Virus record (IMG/VR): IMGVR_UViG_3300030433_001936
Span: 10,760-74,759 of that record
Strand: one strand, 5' to 3'
Length of the DNA: 64,000 nt
DNA from: a virus
Taxonomy: Duplodnaviria; Caudoviricetes
The notes below the pieces were generated by a model. That model worked only from the letters and a program-made list of their open reading frames with translations. It was not told where the DNA came from and did no database searches. Each line of letters starts with the position of its first letter. Positions within the stretch are counted from its first letter, which is position 1. Both the position numbers and the translations under genes were made by a program. Positions 1-9,417 of the stretch are shown in pieces.

Positions 1-187
1 ATGCCACTGATTTACCGTGGTCGCGAGATGCTTTGACGCAATATCGGTTATGCGTCATCAAATTGTCAATCCACTTGGCGTGATGATTGGCTAACTGCCA
101 TCCGCATATGTCTTCAAAGAAGAATTGGAAGTCTTTCTTGCACATTTCAAAGTCAATCTCTTGAATGACTTCGTCAATGTTGCTCAA
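1..187 (-). CDS. terL: Terminase large subunit, N-terminal fragment (runs off the window; absent from the ORF track)
   Basis: My translation from TTG at 187: MSNIDEVIQEIDFEMCKKDFQFFFEDICGWQLANHHAKWIDNLMTHNRYCVKASRDHGKSVA; the A-S-R-D-H-G-K-S Walker A is typical of TerL. Confidence 0.75.
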   Translation of the reverse strand, partial: MSNIDEVIQEIDFEMCKKDFQFFFEDICGWQLANHHAKWIDNLMTHNRYCVKASRDHGKSVA

Positions 188-203
188 TCAATCCACCACC
201 CCA

Positions 204-1376
204 TCAGTTTCCTTTCAAGATGTCTTGGATGCGAGAGAATGCGTCATTGCTGTTTTGGAAAATGCCCGCTTGGTTGCCTTGTGCAAACATGCCAGGTCCC
301 TGTGGTGCTTGTTGTTGCGCCACTTGTCCTGCCGTTGCGGGGTCAACCTGTGCGGTTGGTTCACGCTCAATGAGTTCGTGTTGACCTTGATTGGGGTCAG
401 GTGTTGAAACGGGTGCGCCCGATGCTGCTGTTGGTGGAGTCGCTGCTGGTGGTGCTTGTTGTGGTGGTTGTTGTTGTGCCTGTGCAGCGCGTTGTTGTTG
501 CCGTGCCAAAGCAGGGTTTTGTTGTTGCAGGTTTGCTTGTTGTTGTGCGCCCGCTTCTTGGAATGCGTTTTGCACACCTTGAACCGCTTGTTGACCCATG
601 TTCTTCATGCCTTGAACGGCTTTTCCGCCCAAATTCTTCATAGCGCCAGCGACTTGACCGACTTTGCCCATTGCACCTTGTCCCGTTTGGAAATTTTGTG
701 CTTGTTGTTGTGCGCCACTGCGGGCTGCTTGTGCGCCTTGCTTAGCAGCGTCCGTTGCCAATTGGTTCAAACCGCCTTCGCCACCCATGACTTTGCCGTA
801 TTGACCCGATTGCTTTCCTTTGTGGGCTTGATACATTGAACCGCCAATGCCAGCAAGAACTCCGAGTGGGTTGCCCGTAGCCAATCCGCCCGCTAGTCCT
901 GCACCCATGTGGCGAAGACCACGACCCAATGCGGGAGCAGCCCTTTCCTTAGCCCATGTTTTGAATCGTGAACCGAGTCCTTCCTTTGGTGCGTGAGATT
1001 GCATGTTGCCACCCGCAGTGCCTTGAGATGCACCGCCCGACAATTGTTCCGACCCTTCTTGGAATTGCGGAAGCATGTTCATTGCTGCTTGGCGGTTTGC
1101 TTGTCCCAATCCCTTGCCAGGGCGTTGTGGATTGAAATTTTTGATGATTGAATCAATGTAAGTGAAGACGGCAGTGGACTTTGTGAACGAATCGCCTTGC
1201 AATACCCATGCCATTTCTTGGCGTGTGCCGTCATATTTGTGCATGACTTCAACAGCAGCGCGGTCTGCGCCTTTGTAAAGCGATTCAAGTTCAAACTCCC
1301 GAACAACACGGTTGTAAATTGCTTCATTCAACAAACTACGACTTTCGTATCCGCCACGGGGGTTGTAATTGCTCAT
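204..1376 (-). CDS. Q/G/A-rich low-complexity protein with a glycine-zipper segment, probable virion-internal protein
   Basis: 390 aa ORF; GAGLAGGLATGNPLGVLAGIGG hydrophobic stretch; ends IQDILKGN; directly upstream of terL. Confidence 0.7.
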   Translation of the reverse strand: MSNYNPRGGYESRSLLNEAIYNRVVREFELESLYKGADRAAVEVMHKYDGTRQEMAWVLQGDSFTKSTAVFTYIDSIIKNFNPQRPGKGLGQANRQAAMNMLPQFQEGSEQLSGGASQGTAGGNMQSHAPKEGLGSRFKTWAKERAAPALGRGLRHMGAGLAGGLATGNPLGVLAGIGGSMYQAHKGKQSGQYGKVMGGEGGLNQLATDAAKQGAQAARSGAQQQAQNFQTGQGAMGKVGQVAGAMKNLGGKAVQGMKNMGQQAVQGVQNAFQEAGAQQQANLQQQNPALARQQQRAAQAQQQPPQQAPPAATPPTAASGAPVSTPDPNQGQHELIEREPTAQVDPATAGQVAQQQAPQGPGMFAQGNQAGIFQNSNDAFSRIQDILKGN

Positions 1377-3424
1377 TCAATACCACCAAATGCCACTTTG
1401 ACAGTGCTAACCACAGTGGGCGACACTGATAATGCTTTCGCGACATTTAACCAATCCCCACGCACTTCAGTGATACTGAAAATGTCTTGTGGAGTGAGAT
1501 GGAATTTGTTTGCCATGACCATCAAATCGTCATAATTTTCACGGTTCATCGTGCGGTGTGGCAACATCTTCAACACTTCAGGGTTGCGAGACGCTTCCTT
1601 CTTTTGGATTGATTCCATTGCTTCAAGCAATCGTGTTTCGGCTTCGCCCAATCCATCCGAAAACGAGAACAAACTGCGTTGAGCGGGGTCAGCAGGTGGG
1701 TCAGGTGGTGCGGGTGCGGGTGCTTGCACCACTGCATGCGAATCCATAACCGCCTGACTTGGCACTGACCGCCAATTTTGCGGTAGTGTTGGTCGGGGGT
1801 ATGCTTCTTCGGGATGCCCACGCTCAAAGTCAATTTGATTCAAGCCTTGCAACCCTTCAGACCTTGCGATTCGCCCTTCAGCGATTTGATGATAGATGCG
1901 TCGGATTTCCTGTGATGTCAAATGCGATGGTGTCCCCGCATGAAGTGGTTCACCACTGTGTTGATTCCAAACTTGATTCAAATCATGCCCCATTTCATGT
2001 GCGCCACCAAACAATGCCAACGACTCTTGCGCCCTTGCCATTTTACCTTGACCATATGCGCCACCCGTATATCGCTGTGCGTGTCCGTGGTGTTTGTCCC
2101 ACACATGGGAATGTTCACCAGGTTTCAGTTCCCACATGGTTGGGTCTTGTTTGTATTCTTGATACAGTGCATCTAAGTCATCACCCATACCCATTGGTTG
2201 TGTTTTACGCCATTGGGCAGGTGATTTAGCCCGACCAGGGTGAATACCCGTGGCTTGTCCCAACACATCGTATGTTCGGGTGTACGCACTTAACAAACCG
2301 ACTTTCTTCCCATCAGTCAGCAATGCGGATATGGGCGCACGGGCTAAATCAAAAATTTGATTTTCGTTTAATCCCAATCCCAACAGTGCGTTTTCGGTTT
2401 TGAGCATGTCAATGGTCTTTGCAGATGGTCTTCCACCACGAATCGGGATACGGAAGAAGGCATCGGGGTGATGTGGAATGGTCAATTCGGGTGCAATTTC
2501 ACCGTAGTGTGAGTTCTGCGCCCGTTCCCTTTCCTGTGCGGGTGTCAATGTTCGCATACCACGATGACCTTCCGTGCTTCCTTCACGGGACATCATTGGA
2601 TTCATCATGTGTGGTTCAATGTAGGGTTGGTGGACGAAGTCCATTGACATCCCACGCCCCAATCTGCGATTGAGAACTTCCTTCAGTTCTTTGTAAAACG
2701 GAACTGCACCCGATTCGGGATACGGACCTCGCTCGGGTTCACCCTTTGTTGTGCCACTGTTCATGTAAAATGTAATCAAACGACCCATTGCATCCCTAAT
2801 TGGCATGCGGTCAGATGGCAACACGCGATGTCCTTCCCGCTTTTCTTCATCCTTCGGGAATGCGCCCATGACGGTGCTTAACCACTCGGGTCGTGTGCCG
2901 TTTTCATCGTATAGTGGTGGCAAACGGTCATCGGGATTGCGTTGTTCGTTAAACAATTCAATGGCTTCCTGCACGGCTTCCATTGCCAAGTGATATGAGA
3001 ACGGAATACCGTGGTCGCTTCGCCCAACAAGTGGCAAACCGTCAGTTGATTGTGCAAATCCCTTCTTTTCAATGAAATCATGGATACCTTTGACTACGGC
3101 TTCAACGGGGAACAATACTCTTCCGTTGCCACCTTCATCGCCACCGAATTCGTGATTCCATCCCGATATTCCACGCCCGTTTGGAACATGGGTATCGTGA
3201 TGTCCGTGTGCATGGTGTGTGAGTGTTGCGTATTGACCCGTTGCAGGGTCAATGTTGTGATAATCAATGTCAAACGGATGGTGGTTTGCAAGCAATTCAC
3301 CGTAGTGTTCGGGGTGATAACCCACTGGCACGATGTCGCCAGCAGCGTTTGTTGAATAAACACCCTTTGATTTGAGAATCATGTCATTGCTTTTGGCAAT
3401 AACCATGTTGTGAAAATCAGACAT
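1373..3424 (-). CDS. Hypothetical His/Pro-rich head-module protein
   Basis: Long ORF; start refined to MSDFH (ATG 3424) behind a GGAGGT RBS. Confidence 0.75.
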   Translation of the reverse strand: MSDFHNMVIAKSNDMILKSKGVYSTNAAGDIVPVGYHPEHYGELLANHHPFDIDYHNIDPATGQYATLTHHAHGHHDTHVPNGRGISGWNHEFGGDEGGNGRVLFPVEAVVKGIHDFIEKKGFAQSTDGLPLVGRSDHGIPFSYHLAMEAVQEAIELFNEQRNPDDRLPPLYDENGTRPEWLSTVMGAFPKDEEKREGHRVLPSDRMPIRDAMGRLITFYMNSGTTKGEPERGPYPESGAVPFYKELKEVLNRRLGRGMSMDFVHQPYIEPHMMNPMMSREGSTEGHRGMRTLTPAQERERAQNSHYGEIAPELTIPHHPDAFFRIPIRGGRPSAKTIDMLKTENALLGLGLNENQIFDLARAPISALLTDGKKVGLLSAYTRTYDVLGQATGIHPGRAKSPAQWRKTQPMGMGDDLDALYQEYKQDPTMWELKPGEHSHVWDKHHGHAQRYTGGAYGQGKMARAQESLALFGGAHEMGHDLNQVWNQHSGEPLHAGTPSHLTSQEIRRIYHQIAEGRIARSEGLQGLNQIDFERGHPEEAYPRPTLPQNWRSVPSQAVMDSHAVVQAPAPAPPDPPADPAQRSLFSFSDGLGEAETRLLEAMESIQKKEASRNPEVLKMLPHRTMNRENYDDLMVMANKFHLTPQDIFSITEVRGDWLNVAKALSVSPTVVSTVKVAFGGIE

Positions 3425-4763
3425 TTGAACCTCCCCTTCTGCTATACATGCCAGCAGCGTCAGCGCCCCAATATCGGGGGTCGTCTTCGGGGTCAGATTC
3501 GGTTGCACCTTCGTTTCGTGATGTCTTTTGAGGTCCGTTGGACGGTGCTTCAACCATACCGTCATTGTTTGACCCACCACCTGATATGCCCATCAAACTC
3601 TTTCGTGGCAATCGTGATAACAAGTGCTTCAGTTCACGAAGCAGGTCTTTGAATTCGTGTGTGTCAATGGATGTGAGACCAGGTCCGAGATGACGGACAT
3701 ATGCCTTTGACACTTCCACCAATTCTTCCAATTCTGCCTTTGCAATCCGTGGCATACGGGGCGCACGGGGCTTTGGTGGACCTCGCAATGCACGGCTAGG
3801 ACCTTGACGCATTGCTTGAGCCTGACCTGGCATCAATCGCATCCTTCCCGACCCTGCTTGACCTGGATATCTCAATTGTCCCAATTGTTCACGGGGAGCG
3901 TGTGGTGTATATGGCAACATAACACCTGCACCACCAGCGCCACGGTATGCGGATTGACGACCCAACCATGAAATGTACTTGCCAGGGTTTTCCAACCGAC
4001 CAGGTCTTGGCTTTCCGACCAATGAACCGACACCCAAGTGGTGTGGGCTTAGCGTATATCGCTGACGCATCATACCCGTCTTTGAATTTGAACGAAGGCT
4101 TTTGCCTCCCTGCCCTTTGATGTTGCCAAACAACCGTTGGTGAACGGATGCACGACGCTTTGTTGAAGCCCACGGACTTCTTCCACCGATTGGTCGTGGG
4201 AATGCAGTTACTCGGTGTGCTTTTCTGCCTTTGACACCGCCAGGTCCGATACCTGACCGCATTTTGCGGTCAACAGATTCCAATGTTTCAGTGCCAACGG
4301 GGTCGCCCAACACTTTGAGAAGCAAACCGTCCCATGCTTGTTCCATTGCTTCGCTTCGTGTCAGTCCGAATGCACCCATTGTCGGCAGTTGTGGTGGGAT
4401 TTCACCCATTGCCGACCCCGTGCCTGTTCGTGCGCCAACGGCTTGGTCAAGATTTTCGCCCATGCTTCCCGCAGGACCTGTGTTTTCCGAGATTTCGTTT
4501 TGTTCAGCCAACGGTGTGGATTCTTCAAACGGTTCTTCTTCGTGGTCTTTCTTTGTTGAAATTTTGAGATGTTGCAATCCCGTCCACTTGCGTTGTTGTT
4601 CTTCACGGGATTCCTTCTTCTTTTGCGATTCCAACTCCCTTTGGTCGGGGTCGCCAGGTGCATAGACTTCTTCATCATCCGCATACATGAATTCTTCAGA
4701 TTCACTGCGCGGACTATACATCCGTGTGTCAGAACCAGTGCCTTGCTTCACGATTCTTGACAC
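3417..4763 (-). CDS. Hypothetical acidic-then-basic disordered protein with an internal AWxxLLK tag
   Basis: 448 aa ORF; EAMEQAWDGLLLK at ~4314-4352. Confidence 0.75.
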   Translation of the reverse strand: MSRIVKQGTGSDTRMYSPRSESEEFMYADDEEVYAPGDPDQRELESQKKKESREEQQRKWTGLQHLKISTKKDHEEEPFEESTPLAEQNEISENTGPAGSMGENLDQAVGARTGTGSAMGEIPPQLPTMGAFGLTRSEAMEQAWDGLLLKVLGDPVGTETLESVDRKMRSGIGPGGVKGRKAHRVTAFPRPIGGRSPWASTKRRASVHQRLFGNIKGQGGKSLRSNSKTGMMRQRYTLSPHHLGVGSLVGKPRPGRLENPGKYISWLGRQSAYRGAGGAGVMLPYTPHAPREQLGQLRYPGQAGSGRMRLMPGQAQAMRQGPSRALRGPPKPRAPRMPRIAKAELEELVEVSKAYVRHLGPGLTSIDTHEFKDLLRELKHLLSRLPRKSLMGISGGGSNNDGMVEAPSNGPQKTSRNEGATESDPEDDPRYWGADAAGMYSRRGGSNV

Positions 4764-4774
4764 ACCGAACCACC

Positions 4775-5182
4775 TTACTGCATTTTTAGTAGTTCGCTAA
4801 GGACTTGCGCCCCAAAGTGTTCGGCTTTGGTTGTGATTTCGGGTTTGCTGTCCCGTGTTTTGGCTTCAGCCCGCAACTCGGACAACGCAGACGATGTCGT
4901 GTCGTCGTCGTCATTAGCGGGGTTATCAATGTGTGCCATAACTTCGGGGTGGTATCCTACGCTTCCACCTTCATCATGCCCTGGTTTGTGTGGCATGCCG
5001 TGATGTGGGTCATCAGGGTTTTCGGGGAAAACGCCAACACTGTGTGGAACATAAATCAGTTCGTCTTTGTAGCGAAACACATCATGCGGTTCATCATCCT
5101 TCATTTCTGTTCGCAAAAACTTGGCATCATCGGGCAAACTAACGCCCTTTAGAATACTCATCATGTCTTTCAGTACACTCAT
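4775..5182 (-). CDS. Hypothetical protein
   Basis: 135 aa ORF, coupled to neighbours. Confidence 0.7.
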   Translation of the reverse strand: MSVLKDMMSILKGVSLPDDAKFLRTEMKDDEPHDVFRYKDELIYVPHSVGVFPENPDDPHHGMPHKPGHDEGGSVGYHPEVMAHIDNPANDDDDTTSSALSELRAEAKTRDSKPEITTKAEHFGAQVLSELLKMQ

Positions 5183-5619
5183 ACGAAATCCTCCACTATT
5201 GATTCAAAGGTGGAACGGATACGGGATGCCAAATTGTGATAGAAGTCATGGATTTCAGCAGGACCTGTAAATGGTCGTGCCATGTCATCACAAAATTGGT
5301 CAAATTGGTTGACCATCAAAGCAAAGCGTTGGCGCAATGGCCAGGCTTCTTCGGGGTCATCGTTTTCATATACGGCTTCAACGGTATCACGGAGCATTGC
5401 TACAAATTCATAGCGTGAATCTGCCCAACCTTCGGGGGTTGGTGCGATTCGCCCGACCAAATCCACCCAAACTCCAACGCTCGCTTGAAGCGTGTTGAAG
5501 AATGTGATGACATCTTCTTCGGGGATTGCGCCTTCTTCGGTCAAAATTTCTGCGCGTGGCATTTCCACACACATTAAATCGGCTACGGGAACGGAAACAT
5601 AAGTCGGTTTGTCATTCAT
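5179..5619 (-). CDS. Hypothetical protein
   Basis: 146 aa acidic helical ORF overlapping neighbours by 4-8 nt. Confidence 0.7.
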   Translation of the reverse strand: MNDKPTYVSVPVADLMCVEMPRAEILTEEGAIPEEDVITFFNTLQASVGVWVDLVGRIAPTPEGWADSRYEFVAMLRDTVEAVYENDDPEEAWPLRQRFALMVNQFDQFCDDMARPFTGPAEIHDFYHNLASRIRSTFESIVEDFV

Positions 5620-6313
5620 CTTGGCTCACCTCAATTACATCCGACGCATCCGTATTCAATAAGGATTCCCGCACCCGTCGCCATGTGTCGGGCGATTCTT
5701 TCGCCAATTCAATCTTCATGATGTTGATGGTGTCTGCCTTCATATTGGTTTCAGACAACGACATCCCCGTGCCGTCTTGGATTTTGATGATGTCCTTCAC
5801 CGTTTCACGGACTTCTTTGCTCAAGCCCGTCAAATTACGGACATATTGCGGGTCATTTCTGTCGGCTTCATCCAACATCAATTCCAATTCCCCGTTCAAC
5901 CGTTCAGCGTTCTTTCGCAGTTGGTCAATCTCTTCGCCAGCAGCCAACGCAATGATTGGGGCTGCTGATGCTTTGACGATTGGCTTCAAATGATGACGCA
6001 TGTGGTGATAAACAGTGGATTCAGCACATCCCAATAGTTCTGCAATGTCAGCAGATGGGAAGCCTTCAATCATGTAGCGATGTTCAAGTTCTGCCCGTTG
6101 GTCGGATGTGCAAACTACGCATTGTGAATTTGAACCCATGTGATATTCGCCCATGTGATTGCGAAAATGGCGGTCAGATGTGCCTTCACGCCATCCCATG
6201 TCCTTATCCAATTGCTTCGGGACACTGATTCCCGACACCAAATCCTGTTCAAAAGAATCGCGTGATTCATGCACACAAAAGGGACATGACTTGCGTGTGA
6301 TTCTCTCCGCCAT
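5612..6313 (-). CDS. Tandem CxxC-HTH-HxxxH DNA-binding protein with coiled coil (candidate terminase small subunit)
   Basis: Two repeats: CPFC...DRHFRNHM and CVVC...IAELLGCAESTVYHHMRHHL, followed by a coiled coil. Confidence 0.55.
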   Translation of the reverse strand: MAERITRKSCPFCVHESRDSFEQDLVSGISVPKQLDKDMGWREGTSDRHFRNHMGEYHMGSNSQCVVCTSDQRAELEHRYMIEGFPSADIAELLGCAESTVYHHMRHHLKPIVKASAAPIIALAAGEEIDQLRKNAERLNGELELMLDEADRNDPQYVRNLTGLSKEVRETVKDIIKIQDGTGMSLSETNMKADTINIMKIELAKESPDTWRRVRESLLNTDASDVIEVSQDE

Positions 6314-6361
6314 TGGTCAGTCGTAGCAATGGTTATGAAATGAACCTTTTGTAAAACTACT

Positions 6362-6604
6362 ATGGGCAGGTTGGGTCGTGCGCCAAAAAAGAACTCGTTG
6401 CCAAAAACACTGAAAGAATTGGGTGTAGCGGGCATTGACATTGCGTTGGGGCGCACAGTTTCGCCCGCCAAAGCGAATGAACGGTTGAGTATGTGCAAAG
6501 ATTGTGAATACTACAACGGTTCACGGTGCAAACTGTGTGGTTGCTTTATGCAAACCAAAGTGGGGTTGAAGAATTCCACTTGCCCGATTCATAAATGGGA
6601 CTAG
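6362..6604 (+). CDS. Small Cys-rich protein (DUF6171-like)
   Basis: RLSMCKDC..RCKLCGCFMQTKV..CPIHKW pattern. Confidence 0.6.
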   Translation: MGRLGRAPKKNSLPKTLKELGVAGIDIALGRTVSPAKANERLSMCKDCEYYNGSRCKLCGCFMQTKVGLKNSTCPIHKWD

Positions 6605-6861
6605 CGAGATAACCGACGATATACCGTCCCCGCCAATACGAAGAACCCCATGACCATGACGACAATCCATGTGAGATTGTCGCCACTCAATTGGTTGCCA
6701 CGGGTTGCCAAAATAAGGAATGCACCGAGGAATAGTGAAATCACTTGCACCATAATCATGTCAACCATGACACTGTTGCTTGTGTCATGCATGATTTTCC
6801 AGCCATCGGATAGTTGACCCACAATGCTTGTTTGTGATTTTGGTTGTTGACCTGGTTGCAA
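6601..6861 (-). CDS. Small membrane protein (2 TM)
   Basis: Two hydrophobic segments and a basic C-terminus (YRRLSR). Confidence 0.7.
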   Translation of the reverse strand: MQPGQQPKSQTSIVGQLSDGWKIMHDTSNSVMVDMIMVQVISLFLGAFLILATRGNQLSGDNLTWIVVMVMGFFVLAGTVYRRLSR

Positions 6862-6868
6862 AATTGTA

Positions 6869-7477
6869 TCACCGTCCCGTCAATACTGACCTTACAAATC
6901 CACCCGCACCTTGTCCCACAGATTGCAACACCCCTGGGTCTGCCAATGCGTTATCCAACATACCTTGCATCATGCTTTGTTGTGCCATTTGCAACAGTTG
7001 TTGCTGTTGCATGAGCGATTGTTGCACGGCTTGATTGCAGTTTGATTGCAATTGCGTCATGTCGGCTTGGATGTTTTCGGGTGATAGCGTTTGCAAAGGC
7101 GTTGGCAACGATGTTATGTCAACACACAGGTTGCCGTCTTTGTCTTCAGTGAATTTTGCGTTGCGAAAAAACTCAACCAACGATAGGTTGACGATGTTCG
7201 CAATGATGTTGGTCAGTGTTGCGAGATTTTGACCCGATAGGAATTGTTCAACGGGGCGTTGTTGATGCAACAACCGTGAAACGATTTCCAATTCGGATGG
7301 TGGCATCACGGGTTGGTTTGGATTGTACTGACCGCCCGTTGCACCCGCCATGAACGAATTCATTGCGGATGATTGTTGCTGATACGAATTGAATTGTGGG
7401 TGAGAACCGTATTGCTGACCGCCACCCAATGCCATTGGTTGTTGCGGTTGGGCTTCTTTGTTGCTGAACCACATCAT
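6869..7477 (-). CDS. Q/M-rich hypothetical protein
   Basis: 202 aa ORF in the GTPase operon. Confidence 0.7.
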   Translation of the reverse strand: MMWFSNKEAQPQQPMALGGGQQYGSHPQFNSYQQQSSAMNSFMAGATGGQYNPNQPVMPPSELEIVSRLLHQQRPVEQFLSGQNLATLTNIIANIVNLSLVEFFRNAKFTEDKDGNLCVDITSLPTPLQTLSPENIQADMTQLQSNCNQAVQQSLMQQQQLLQMAQQSMMQGMLDNALADPGVLQSVGQGAGGFVRSVLTGR

Positions 7478-7501
7478 AACACCCCAAGCATTGGCAGTTA
7501 A

Positions 7502-8467
7502 TCAGGGCTTCGGCACTGCGGGTGCATTGAATTCCACTTGATTTTCTTGAATAAGGTCTTGCAACATGCCAACTTGTGCAACTGCAGGTTGAGCCGAAGG
7601 AGCAGCATGCAACAGCGGGCTGTTGTCGCCCAATCGTGCGAATTGGCGTTGGTCAAACACAATAACAGTCAAATCATTCATGCCCGTTTCTTTGTTGGTG
7701 AAGTGTTGGATGGGAATGCCATCAGCCTTCAACATTCGGAAGAACTCTTCATATTTGACAAGTTGATGTGGAGTGTTGTCATTGTTTGACTTTCGCACAG
7801 CAGCGATTGGCACGGCAACGGTGGATACGCCACGCTTCAACTTGTCTTTGAGTGTGCCTTTTTCAGTTTCGTGTGCTTTTTCTTCTTCGTCTTCCCATTG
7901 GCAAAGCAAATCGTATAGATGCAAATGTTCGGGGCAATATGTCGCAGTCAATGTTCGTCCACTGGTCACTCCTTCCCGTGCCAAAAATGCACGGGGTTGC
8001 CCACTTACTTGGTCAACGAAATACTTGTCCCAAAGGGACAATCCCGTTTCTTCATCACGAATATCGGCATAGATGTTGCCAACGATTTGCAAAAGGTTGC
8101 CAACATCACAACCATCAACAGCACACTGCGTGGTGTTGTGATTGTATCGGTATTTACCGCCAATCCATCGTCGTGGCGACCACCATTTGCGTTTCATTGG
8201 TTTCAACAACTGATACGCTTGCTTGATGTCTTTTCGTCTTCGTTTCTTTGGGTTCGGATGCACACTTGGATAGAAATTGACCTTCGGTATTTCAATGTGC
8301 GGTGTTTGTTCGGCAGCAGCCATCATTGCACCCTGCGCTTGAGCAGCGCTTTGTAGTTGATGCACATTCATGTTGGATTCGGCTGATAACTTCACCAAAT
8401 CTGCTTGTGTGTTCATTGCCAATTGGTTGTATTGCATTTGTCGGTTCTTATCAAACATTTTTTTCAA
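7502..8467 (-). CDS. Hypothetical protein with a polybasic/Trp patch and Cys/His residues
   Basis: 321 aa ORF overlapping the GTPase stop; KKRRRK..KRKWWSPRRW. Confidence 0.75.
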   Translation of the reverse strand: MKKMFDKNRQMQYNQLAMNTQADLVKLSAESNMNVHQLQSAAQAQGAMMAAAEQTPHIEIPKVNFYPSVHPNPKKRRRKDIKQAYQLLKPMKRKWWSPRRWIGGKYRYNHNTTQCAVDGCDVGNLLQIVGNIYADIRDEETGLSLWDKYFVDQVSGQPRAFLAREGVTSGRTLTATYCPEHLHLYDLLCQWEDEEEKAHETEKGTLKDKLKRGVSTVAVPIAAVRKSNNDNTPHQLVKYEEFFRMLKADGIPIQHFTNKETGMNDLTVIVFDQRQFARLGDNSPLLHAAPSAQPAVAQVGMLQDLIQENQVEFNAPAVPKP

Positions 8468-9177
8468 CTCCCTAACATGTTCATGAGACTGTTCTCAACA
8501 TTCCACCCGATGCGGGTTGCCATCATACTCACCTGACATACAACCCCATGCTTCTGCAATTTTATCATTGCGGGTCGGAATGGGTCAAAAATGCGGTGTT
8601 CCCGCAATCGTTGTTGTTGCCAAAGCACACTTGCTTGCTCATCCCACCACTTGTCGGCTTTGTTTGCAACCAAAAATACGAACTTGGGTTTGTACTTCTT
8701 CCCTTTGATTCGTCTTGACCACCTTCGGTATCGGTATCTGCGTTCAATGATTGAATCAACGAGATATTCAAAACCTGCAATGGCATCAACAGCGGCAGTA
8801 CCACCAGTTCGTGAACGGTCATCAAACATGAAAATGATTCCTTCCACTTGTCGGTCAACCATATCGTCAACCCATAGCGACCAAAATTTGCGTTCACCAC
8901 CGAGGTCTGCCGAATGCACCACACGCTTTTTCCCTTCATATCGGATACGCTTCCGTGTTGGCATTGGCAAAACATAGTCCTTGCCAATCAGTTTTTTGAA
9001 ATGGGTGGTTCGGTGTTTTTCGCCCAATTCTTCCATTTCGCCAGGTGTGGTCATATACATGTCAAGTGTGGTTTTGCCGACTTCGGTAGGTCCGTAAATG
9101 CCGACCCTTCGTGGCTTCCAATAATCGTACAACTCTTTGCCGTAAAGAGCAGCACCGAGCAACACTGTTCCTGCCAA
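8464..9177 (-). CDS. Small GTPase (Ras superfamily, Arf/Roc-like)
   Basis: G1 GPTEVGKT, switch-I Thr (HRTT), G3 DLGG, G4 NKAD, G5-like MATRIGWNV. Confidence 0.85.
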   Translation of the reverse strand: MAGTVLLGAALYGKELYDYWKPRRVGIYGPTEVGKTTLDMYMTTPGEMEELGEKHRTTHFKKLIGKDYVLPMPTRKRIRYEGKKRVVHSADLGGERKFWSLWVDDMVDRQVEGIIFMFDDRSRTGGTAAVDAIAGFEYLVDSIIERRYRYRRWSRRIKGKKYKPKFVFLVANKADKWWDEQASVLWQQQRLREHRIFDPFRPAMIKLQKHGVVCQVSMMATRIGWNVENSLMNMLGS

Positions 9178-9417
9178 TCAAAACAACCCCGTAATCCAAC
9201 CTAGCGTTGAATTTAGAACGATGTTGTAAAGGCTCACATCCGTGTAGTATTCCACACCCGATGTGATAATAGTTGCAATTGCAGAACAAATCAATGCCTT
9301 TACCCAACCCCATGTTCGCTCATACACACGGTCAACTTGATTTGCCATGTGCAATTGGCGCAGTGTTCCTTCAACTGCGTCGTCGCTTGGTGTTTTGAAT
9401 AGCCAACCCATGTTCAT
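9178..9417 (-). CDS. Small membrane protein
   Basis: MGWLF N-terminus; hydrophobic C-terminal half. Confidence 0.7.
   Translation of the reverse strand: MNMGWLFKTPSDDAVEGTLRQLHMANQVDRVYERTWGWVKALICSAIATIITSGVEYYTDVSLYNIVLNSTLGWITGLF

Noticed and set aside
391-760. TGT/TGC/GTT-rich stretches as microsatellites
   Set aside because: They are the antisense of poly-Gln/Ala codons in ORF 204-1376.
8201-8230. DIKQAYQLLK as a tag copy in the GTPase-operon protein
   Set aside because: Only a partial match (no W) in a different module; kept as a weak variant and not counted.
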